64,000 nucleotides of DNA. Origin: Candidatus Sericytochromatia bacterium (GTDB taxonomy: Bacteria > Cyanobacteriota > Sericytochromatia > S15B-MN24 > UBA4093). The notes below the pieces were generated by a model. The model worked only from the letters and a program-made list of their open reading frames with translations, was not told where the DNA came from and searched no databases. Shown in pieces: positions 18,701 to 25,454 of the stretch (the stretch's first letter is position 1; every line of letters starts with the position of its first letter). Where the stretch lies: assembly GCA_036676985.1 (NCBI GenBank), contig JAKFBU010000030.1:32001-96000 (forward strand). Direction: 5' to 3'. The translations under genes were made by a program, and so were the position numbers.

Positions 18701-20297
18701 GCAGGACTTCCTTCAGGAAGAAGGCGTTACCGGCCGTGGCCGCGTACAGGAAATCGCTGAACTCCGTGCTGATCACCATGTCGTTGAGCATGGCATTGAG
18801 CAGCTCCAGGGCCTGCTCCTGGGTGAACGGGCTCAATTGCAGGAGCTCGGTGGCTCCTTCTTCGACGGTGTACCAGACCGGGCTGCTCGCGAGCGTCTCG
18901 TCGCTGCGCAGGGTCGCCAGGCAAAGGATGGCATGGCCTACTACCTGTCGGATGCAGCGATTGAAGAGCTCCAGGCTGCTCGGATCGCACCAGTGCACGT
19001 CGTCGAGGAAGAGCACGAGCGGGGTACGGGCGGCCACCGACTGCAGCCAGGCGATGACGGACTCGGAGAGGCGAGCCTTCTCGACATCCCCCGAGCTCGC
19101 CGGAGCCGGCTCGATGCCGCGGCCGGCGAGCTCCGGGAGGAGCTTGACCAGAGCCGGGCCGAAGCGCTGGAGCTCCTCGGGAATGGATAGGGAGATGAGC
19201 GGCCTCAGGGCCTGCGCTAGGGGCTCGTAGGGGGCCATACCGCCTTCCAGGCACTGCCCCCGCAGGACGGGCACGTCGTTGAGCGTGGCCTGGAGGACAA
19301 ACTCGCTGACCAGGCGGGACTTTCCGACGCCCGCAGGTGCGCCGACGAACAGGGCGGATCCTTGCCCCGAGCGAATCGAGGTCAGCGCCTTGCCGAGCGT
19401 CTCCAGCTCGGCTTCCCGGCCGACCAGGACGCTGCTGTTGAGGTAGCTCTTCTTTTGGTCCAGGGTCTCGCGGGCGACCTGCAAGGAGGAGAGGTCGGCC
19501 AGATCGGCGATCACCTCGGCTGCGGAGCGGTAGCGGAGCTTCTGGTCCTTCTCCAGCAGCTTGAGGACGATGGCCTCGAGGCGGCGCGGCAAGTCCGGGC
19601 GCAGGCTGGAAGGCGGCGCGGGTGGCTCGGAGACGTGCGCCTTGAGGGTATCGACCAAGGAGCCGCGGAAGGGCAGCCGGCCGGTCAGCATCTGGTAGGC
19701 GAGGCAGCCGACGGAATAGAGATCGGAGGAGGCGTCGATCACCCCACCCTTGACGACCTCTGGGGGCAAATACCCGGGCGTGCCCGTGATCTTGCCGGTG
19801 GAGAGGATGCCCAGCCGGTCCATCAGGCCGAAGTCCATGAGCTTGAGGGTGCCGTCGGGCCGGATCCGGATGTTCTCGGCCTTGATGTCGCGGTGCGCGA
19901 ACAGGCGGGAATGGATGAAGCCGAGCGCCTGCAAGAGCTGGATCAGCCAGGGATAGAATTGCTCCAGCGGCAACGAGGTTCCGGAGATCAGGTCGGTGAG
20001 CTCCTGGCCCTCGACGACCTCCATGGTCAGGTACTGGCTGCACTCGTCCGCCTGGCCGTAGTCGAACACCTTGAGGGTGTTCGGGTGCTGCAGCTTGGCC
20101 ATCGCCCGGAACTCTTCCTTGAAGCGCAACTTGAGATCCGAGGTGATGGGGCCGTTGGACCGGATCATCTTGAGGGCGAGCTCAGTGTCGCCCTCGAGCT
20201 GGTCGACCACGCGGTAGACCTCGCCCATTCCGCCTTTGCCCAGCAAGGCGAGCACTTGGTAGCGATTGGCGATCACTTCGTTCTTCAAGTCGGTCAT
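15768..20297 (-). CDS. Hanks-type Ser/Thr kinase fused to STAND/AAA ATPase, TPR-like repeats and a C-terminal GAF-like region
   Basis: GKGGMGEVY, HRDIKAEN, DFG, GTPGYLPPE; Walker A GAPAGVGKS, Walker B LFLDDVHW; ATG 20297 with RBS GAGGAG preferred over TTG 20390. Confidence 0.88.
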   Translation of the reverse strand: MTDLKNEVIANRYQVLALLGKGGMGEVYRVVDQLEGDTELALKMIRSNGPITSDLKLRFKEEFRAMAKLQHPNTLKVFDYGQADECSQYLTMEVVEGQELTDLISGTSLPLEQFYPWLIQLLQALGFIHSRLFAHRDIKAENIRIRPDGTLKLMDFGLMDRLGILSTGKITGTPGYLPPEVVKGGVIDASSDLYSVGCLAYQMLTGRLPFRGSLVDTLKAHVSEPPAPPSSLRPDLPRRLEAIVLKLLEKDQKLRYRSAAEVIADLADLSSLQVARETLDQKKSYLNSSVLVGREAELETLGKALTSIRSGQGSALFVGAPAGVGKSRLVSEFVLQATLNDVPVLRGQCLEGGMAPYEPLAQALRPLISLSIPEELQRFGPALVKLLPELAGRGIEPAPASSGDVEKARLSESVIAWLQSVAARTPLVLFLDDVHWCDPSSLELFNRCIRQVVGHAILCLATLRSDETLASSPVWYTVEEGATELLQLSPFTQEQALELLNAMLNDMVISTEFSDFLYAATAGNAFFLKEVLRYMVEEGLLVLKEGVWHFPSDAAGLQLPTSVEATVVRRLSQLSEVARRLAQVASVIGRNQERSMLLAISGLGEEDFFEGLSQLTERQFLVSEGAHVSFAHDRVREALYADLSEDDRRHFHQRCAEYLEEGYGEQRTAFANELAHHFSRGLDKVKAYEYLHMAGDQARAGAMLAVAIRYWKQAEETLLTLDYPGKAPRLAALWGAMGLAGAYGFPTIGVYALEKLIAFQESLGDVERTHAILWLVARVRRRPTFDRARWKAQAFGITPHLRKRLKGVRGCAPAKPLDWLRSIVTTYGLLCAAYGPFGHPMTGMAKAARAKRLKMFAGSPMDGSMLMAEATCLGPAGHYDEVLRLGPQAARLLDESHLKLNPAFVAAWFAINGSQLTVAYQGIRPDPERLEAGIAAAERYQAHPFKNFFWSRQGVWTAFTGRRAETEQLLDLMGQTCRRINAPTYQWAFYLRAYVLWQSGELEEAGRIVQQALQYPHVQQDAFAEFSLRVLGGYIALDRGQLEEADRALTAMRDRARNQHLMLVLIQALIGIGALETVRGNSAAAREHLLEARELSEAGDARNPLHAAIASRRLGELALKEGDYPQAAQEFEQALAIVTRPEQDNLIEQGLLQRDLGELYLATQRPEEARASFRAAGTIFHGLRNRHLLKPVSLQLEQLQHGLERTIEKGATESSASPRWRQRLQGAADWRQASLEIGMTDFQASEATLLEVAPEATPVASRNASGPCAPLRIPADWVSRALAEVKATTFVELPEEASESQGTQLDVTFLSVLIGPVAVDRQVVGALCLVKQEGTFEPEDVERFDDLIGAVSALWSQTASRQTVRGVTLDEELRRTFQAHSCGSSSDLIKSVMTEWAAQLGLDDLAILIGDEISLSVSRAPQETQPISLDHAVLTEAYGSGKCVLGSGEISAGMPPWVAACPIEGEGSLKGALYCVRRGTETPLSETDVPHIETCAQLLGGAMAALSIK

Positions 20298-20373
20298 GGC
20301 GTCGATCGTTCTCCTCATCCATCCGCGGAACGCGGCTGTACAGCGCTTGAATGCCTCCGCCGGCTCATCCGGT

Positions 20374-20399
20374 ATACCCGAAACGAGCAAGGGTTATCC
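20374..20399 (-). promoter_or_regulatory. SigB/SigF-like promoter upstream of the kinase-FAAL-ACP-PKS operon
   Basis: Minus strand GGATAA-N14-GGGTAT. Confidence 0.45.
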
Positions 20400-20431
20400 C
20401 ATGATCCGCCAAGGACCATGGCCCCATCCGT

Positions 20432-20770
20432 TCACGAGCCGCCGCTCCAATGGAACTGCGCCCGCTGATGGCCACGGCCCGCGACGGCGAGGGCGCTCAC
20501 GTAGCCCGGTATGGGCGGCAGGTCTTCGAGGCTCCAGGGCCAGGCCTCGGGCATGGCCACTAGACGAGCGGGCTCATCGGCCGAGACGCTCACGTCGCAG
20601 GCCGCAAGCGACCCTGTCAGCCCGAGGCCGCTGGCTTTTAGCAGGGCCTCGAGATCCAGCCCCACCGCGCGATCGCGGCTGAAGGCCATGAGGGCCCGAT
20701 CGGCCGAATGGAAGAGGTTGAAATGGAGCCCCTCCACCTAGGGCTTTCCTTGGGGCCCCGAAAGGAACTG
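20432..20770 (-). pseudogene. Decayed Sfp-type 4'-phosphopantetheinyl transferase
   Basis: In-frame QFLSGPQGKP*VEGLHFNLFHS (TAG 20738-20740); VGLDLE joined directly to ALLKASGLGL, so the segment carrying WxxKE is missing; no intact 5' end. Confidence 0.8.
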
Positions 20771-20889
20771 GGCCAACTAACGGGCGCCTCGGAGTCGGAT
20801 TCGAGGGGGGAGGGCACGAACATCAGCGGCACGACTCCTGGCGGCGGCAGGTGCGAAAACGAGTGGGAATAGCGCCCATGGGCTCAAAG

Positions 20890-20915
20890 ATACCCCGAAG
20901 CAAGCAGGGTCAAAC
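20890..20915 (-). promoter_or_regulatory. SigB/SigF-like promoter upstream of the PPTase remnant
   Basis: Minus strand GTTTGA-N14-GGGTAT, close to the B. subtilis SigB consensus GTTTAA-N12-14-GGGWAW. Confidence 0.55.
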
Positions 20916-21134
20916 GGAGCTTCGACCGGCTAAACGGCACGCCACGGGCCCTAGCGGGAAAACAGGAAGCGCCGCGCCTTCGGCGCAGAATCTGGCGCCA
21001 TGAGCGGGATCCGGCCGCCCTGTCCTCAACCCACGCTCGTTAGAACCGGGGGGGACGTGGTATGAGGGAGGCATGCCATTCGCGAGCCGACCGCGCACGT
21101 GTTCGATTCAAGGGGCGGATCGCAAGGAGGTTCC

Positions 21135-21440
21135 GTGTTCGCCATCGACTCCCAGGAAACGGAAGGGACCATGCTCCTCAAACTTTCGGGCGAGCTGGAT
21201 ACTTGGGCGTCCGGAGAGCTGGATGAATACCTGGCCAAGCTGGTCCCCACCCTCCGCAAGAACCTGGTCATGGACCTGTCGCAGCTCGCGTTCATGAACA
21301 GCTCGGGTCTGCGCTCCTTCTTGCGGCTGGACAAGCTGATGAAGGGCGAGGGGATGGCGCTGGTCATCGAAGGCGCCTCGCGTTCGGTGTTCAAGGTCTT
21401 CCGCTACAGTGGCCTTGATGGCTACTTCACCTTGCGCTGA
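21135..21440 (+). CDS. STAS anti-anti-sigma factor (RsbV-like)
   Basis: LSGELDT, DLSQLAFMNSSGL (phosphoacceptor Ser); GTG 21135 after AGGAGG. Confidence 0.88.
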   Translation: MFAIDSQETEGTMLLKLSGELDTWASGELDEYLAKLVPTLRKNLVMDLSQLAFMNSSGLRSFLRLDKLMKGEGMALVIEGASRSVFKVFRYSGLDGYFTLR

Positions 21441-21468
21441 AGGGCGTTCACGTTAGAGGGCTCCATCG

Positions 21469-22173
21469 ATGAGTGTCTTGCCTGAGAATGCCTCCGCGAC
21501 CCGGCACGAGTTCGAGCTTGCCTGGCCCACCAACCTGGAGGCCTTCAGCCCCTACCGCCAGAAGGTGCGGGACTTCTTCGCCTCCCACCTGTACTGGGGA
21601 GAGGTGGCCGAGGACATGCTCCTCGGCCTCGACGAGGCCATGACCAATATCGTCCAGCATTCCTACGCAGGCATGCCCGATCAGGTCGTCGCGCTGCGCC
21701 TGCGGCTGGAGGACTACTCCCCGCAGAACTATTCCGTCCTGACCATGGAGATGCTCGACCAGGGCTCCGGCGGCCAGGACTACGATCCGTCCCGACACCT
21801 CGAGCAGGCGCGCCAGGACCATGCGGCCCAGGAGCACCGGATGGGGTACGGGATCATCTTCCTCCACCGCCTGATGGATCGCATTCATTACGAGAGCTCG
21901 GAGGCCGGCATGAACCGGTTGGTCCTGCAGAAGTGGTTCTCCAACGGACCGGTCGAGCCGCAATATCGGGAGTCCCTGCTCAACGAGCTCCAGGTCCTGG
22001 AAGTCCTACCGCCGGTCGAGCCCGAGATGCTGCAGGCGGTGTGCGAGACTTACCCCGACCTCGAGGTCGGCGAGCAGCTGTTGATCCTGGGTTCCATCTT
22101 CGGTTGCGAGCAGGAGGCCATGCGCGCGGCCATCGTCCAGGCTCGCCTCAACCTGTCCGAGCGCGCCTCCTAG
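21469..22173 (+). CDS. RsbW/SpoIIAB-like anti-sigma factor kinase (HATPase_c) with C-terminal extension
   Basis: DEAMTNIVQHSY (N box), DQGSG (G1), GYGIIFLHRLMD (G2). Confidence 0.85.
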   Translation: MSVLPENASATRHEFELAWPTNLEAFSPYRQKVRDFFASHLYWGEVAEDMLLGLDEAMTNIVQHSYAGMPDQVVALRLRLEDYSPQNYSVLTMEMLDQGSGGQDYDPSRHLEQARQDHAAQEHRMGYGIIFLHRLMDRIHYESSEAGMNRLVLQKWFSNGPVEPQYRESLLNELQVLEVLPPVEPEMLQAVCETYPDLEVGEQLLILGSIFGCEQEAMRAAIVQARLNLSERAS

Positions 22174-22835
22174 CGGAGGTCAGGCGCATCAGGGTGCGCG
22201 AGCGCGGTGCGACGCTCCCTGCCCTGCAGCGCGAACACGTGGCGAATGATGCAGCTGCGCCGCCCATCGGACATGGGGTCGAAGGCGATGCCAAGCGAGT
22301 ACTCGGTGCCCCCACGGCTGAAATGGGGAACGCAGTGCCTGACGGTTCCCTCGAACTGCATCTCGCCGGCATCCGGGAGGTCGAGGGTCACCCGCACCTG
22401 CACCCCTGTCCGGACCGCCATCATGAAGACCACCGCGCAGCCCCCGCCCGACAGGTTCTTCAGGGGGGCCGCCGCGGGCGGCAGGAAGCGCCCCTCGGAC
22501 TCGTGAAACACCTCCAGCTTGCAGGTGTCGAGGGTCGGGACGCGCACGTACTCGCGGCGCTGGATGCGCTGGCACACGGTGGGCGAGGCGAGGCAGACGC
22601 GATCCGGGCTGACGGACCGGACCATGCACTGCAACTCGTAGAGGGCGTCGCGCTCCACCCGCACGCTCAGCTCCGCCGCCTTGACGGGGATCTTGACCCC
22701 GTGGCGCTGGGGGGGATCCACCTCGAAGCCTTCGGGGCTCACGGCCAGCACCTTCGCCTCGCACGGAACGAGGCGCTCCGAGACCGGCACCAGGAGGCAG
22801 ACGGGTTGTTCCGCGAACAGCTTGACGCGTTGCAT
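22170..22835 (-). CDS. PilZ-domain c-di-GMP receptor (YcgR/flagellar brake-like)
   Basis: QRREYVR (RxxxR) and NLSGGG ([D/N]xSxxG); real start ATG 22835 lies inside the longer track ORF. Confidence 0.85.
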   Translation of the reverse strand: MQRVKLFAEQPVCLLVPVSERLVPCEAKVLAVSPEGFEVDPPQRHGVKIPVKAAELSVRVERDALYELQCMVRSVSPDRVCLASPTVCQRIQRREYVRVPTLDTCKLEVFHESEGRFLPPAAAPLKNLSGGGCAVVFMMAVRTGVQVRVTLDLPDAGEMQFEGTVRHCVPHFSRGGTEYSLGIAFDPMSDGRRSCIIRHVFALQGRERRTALAHPDAPDLR

Positions 22836-22840
22836 GGAGG

Positions 22841-25276
22841 CTACCTGCAACCGAGCGCGAGGGAGGCATCGCGCATCACCACCAGGACCGTCATGTCGTC
22901 GAACGGCTGGGCCTCGCCCACAAAGGCCTCGACGCCCGCGAAGATCGCCGCGCGCAGCGCCTCCGCGTCCGCCCAGGGTCCCGCCGACACCAGCTCGATC
23001 AGCCGCTCCTCGCCGAATTCCTCGCCGGCGGCGTTGCGGGCCTCGGTGATGCCGTCGGTGTAGAGCACGATCGCCTCTCCCGGCGCGAGCTCGAGGTCCT
23101 GGCGCGCCAGCCGCCCGTTGAAGAGATCCGCGTCCAGGCCCAGCGCCACCCCCTGGGCCCACCTCGGCGTGACGCCGTCCGGGCGCACGTGCAGGGCGGG
23201 GGGATGACCGGCACATGCGAAGCTCGCACGGCCTGTGGCCGGATCCAGCGCGAGGAAGAAGGCCGTCACGTAGTTGCAGTCTCGGAGGTCCGAGCCGATC
23301 GTCGCGTTGACCTGCTTGAGGCCGGCGACCGGATCGGTGCAGCCGCCCAAGAGGGCCCGCACGGCCATGTGGGTCACGGCCATGTAGAGCGCCGCGGACA
23401 CGTTCTTGCCCGAGACGTCCCCGATGAACAGGCCCAGGGGGCCCGCCGGGGCGTGAAGCACCTCGAACAGGTCCCCCCCGACCTCCATCGCGGGCAGGCA
23501 GCGGGCCGCCAGGGACCATCCGGGAATGGCCGGCAGCTCGGCGGGCAAGAGGCCCATCTGGATGTCCCGCGCGATGCGCAGCTCGGCGTCCATCTTCTCC
23601 TTCTGCTGGATGGCCGCCACGTAGAGGGCGTTCTGAACCGAGAGGGCGGTCTGGCCGGCGATGGCCACGAGCAGGTCCAGGTCCTGCGAGCCGAACGAGC
23701 GGGTCACGTAGTTGGAGCTCACGTAGAGCAGGCCGATCAGCTCATCCTTGACGATCATGGGCACGCACATGACGCTCTGGAGGTTGAGGGCCATGACGCT
23801 GGTGGTCTGGGTCGACGCATCGGCGCCCGTGTCCAGGATGCACAGGGGCTGGCGCGTCTCGAGGACCTTGTTGGCAAAGGTATAACTGATCTCGAGCCCC
23901 TCCACGGGGTGGCCCTGGCGATTGAGGCCATAGCGACAGTGCAGGCCTTCTTCCGCCGGCAGGATGACGAAGCCCGTATCCGCGTCGGTCAGCGACAGGG
24001 TGTGCTCCAGGAGCAACCGCAGGACCTGGTCGAGGTTCAGCGAGGAGGCGACCGCCTTGCCCAGCTCGTTGAGCGTGTCGAGGCGGCGGGCCTGCGAGGC
24101 TCCTTCCTGGCGCAGGGCCGCGATCCGGCGCAGCTCCAGCAACCACGAGACGAGCTCGCGGTAGGGGGCGGTTTGGTGCTCGACCTGAGCGGGATCGGCC
24201 GGGGCCTCCAGGCAGATCCCGAGCTTTGCGGTCTCGTCGCCCCGCTCGACGCGGATCGGCACGATGACGCGCCCTTGATCGACGAGGGGAGCGCCCTGGG
24301 CGTGGGCCCGACCGAGCTGGATCGCATAAGGCTCCGCCTTCGCGCCGGTGGCGCAGAGGACGCGCCACGCTCCGTCTTCCTCGATCAGCAGGGCCCCGGA
24401 GGCGGCTCGGGTCGCGCCGAGCACCAAGCCGAGCAGATCCTGCTGCATCGCCTCGATCTCGTCGGCCGGGTTCGGGGCGTCCAGGAGAGCCTGCAAGAGG
24501 CCCCGCAGCCGCTCCGAGAGCCCGACCGCGGACAGGGACGTCTCCGGGGTGTCCGGGCCGGGGCTTGCGACCTGGAGGGCGACGGCGCTCGCGTTGTCCT
24601 GGCTCCCGTGCGCGATCGCCTCTTCCAGGGCGGCCCCCAGTTGTCGCTCCAGCTCCGCGGCGCCGCAGAGGTCGCGCAGCGAGTCGGTCCCCAGGGTCGA
24701 GTAGAAGCCGTCGGAGCACAGCAAGAGCATGTCGCCCGGCTCCAGCTCGAGCGTCTGGTGGGCGATCTTGGGGGCCTCCTCCTTGCCCAGGTAGCGCAGG
24801 AGGGTCTTGCGCGCCGGATGGCCGAGCGCCTGCTCGGGCGTGAGCTGCTTGGTCTTCACGAGCTGGGTTGCGAGGGTATGGTCTTCAGTCAACTGCCGGA
24901 CCTCGCCCCCCCGGATCAGGTAGGCACGAACCTCGCCCAGGTGGTAGAGGTCCAGGTCCTCGCCCTGCACGACGGCGACGGCGACGGTGGCCCCCATCCC
25001 CTTGCGCTCGGGGTGCTCGGCGATCTCCTGGCGGATCCGGGCGTTGGCTGCGAGGAGCGCGGGCTCGATCGCGGCCCCGGCCGCGAGGCTCGCCACCACC
25101 AGCTCGCTCGCGAGGTCGCCCCGGCCGGGGCCGCCGATCCCGTCTCCGACGGCGAAGATGCCGCGCTCCGGCGCGACCCAGACGAAATCCTCATTCAGCG
25201 CCCGGAGGCCGGCCGAGGTAACCGCGGCATGCGTCATGGGCGGAGAGATCCGCTGTGCCGTAACAGGAGCCTGCAT
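22841..25276 (-). CDS. PP2C(PrpC-like)-GAF-SpoIIE/RsbU double phosphatase
   Basis: N-terminal NED, GDGIGG, CSDG, GSQDNAS; central GAF; C-terminal VGGDLF, GDVSGK, AGHPP, YTDGITEA, DDMT. Confidence 0.85.
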   Translation of the reverse strand: MQAPVTAQRISPPMTHAAVTSAGLRALNEDFVWVAPERGIFAVGDGIGGPGRGDLASELVVASLAAGAAIEPALLAANARIRQEIAEHPERKGMGATVAVAVVQGEDLDLYHLGEVRAYLIRGGEVRQLTEDHTLATQLVKTKQLTPEQALGHPARKTLLRYLGKEEAPKIAHQTLELEPGDMLLLCSDGFYSTLGTDSLRDLCGAAELERQLGAALEEAIAHGSQDNASAVALQVASPGPDTPETSLSAVGLSERLRGLLQALLDAPNPADEIEAMQQDLLGLVLGATRAASGALLIEEDGAWRVLCATGAKAEPYAIQLGRAHAQGAPLVDQGRVIVPIRVERGDETAKLGICLEAPADPAQVEHQTAPYRELVSWLLELRRIAALRQEGASQARRLDTLNELGKAVASSLNLDQVLRLLLEHTLSLTDADTGFVILPAEEGLHCRYGLNRQGHPVEGLEISYTFANKVLETRQPLCILDTGADASTQTTSVMALNLQSVMCVPMIVKDELIGLLYVSSNYVTRSFGSQDLDLLVAIAGQTALSVQNALYVAAIQQKEKMDAELRIARDIQMGLLPAELPAIPGWSLAARCLPAMEVGGDLFEVLHAPAGPLGLFIGDVSGKNVSAALYMAVTHMAVRALLGGCTDPVAGLKQVNATIGSDLRDCNYVTAFFLALDPATGRASFACAGHPPALHVRPDGVTPRWAQGVALGLDADLFNGRLARQDLELAPGEAIVLYTDGITEARNAAGEEFGEERLIELVSAGPWADAEALRAAIFAGVEAFVGEAQPFDDMTVLVVMRDASLALGCR

Positions 25277-25454
25277 TGCGTCGCCTACCTTAACTGCGCC
25301 CCGAACAGCGGGGCGTGCCCGATCTGGATGCCCGCCCCGCGTCCACGTGATGCGCGGCGGAGGGGGGCGAACCTATTTTATAGCGAAACGCGGCGAGGGT
25401 ATATAGCATGGGAGCATCGCCCTCGCGCCCGGTCGCCATGTCACGACAGCAGAA

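Noticed and set aside
14961-19190. 1409-aa plus-strand ORF and other long antisense ORFs (e.g. 11254-13638, 23189-26566, 27909-30089)
   Set aside because: Shadow frames of real genes in high-GC DNA; no recognisable motifs
22836-23519. N-terminal extension of the 449-aa track ORF over the PilZ gene
   Set aside because: Overlaps the phosphatase in another frame; the PilZ protein plausibly starts at ATG 22835
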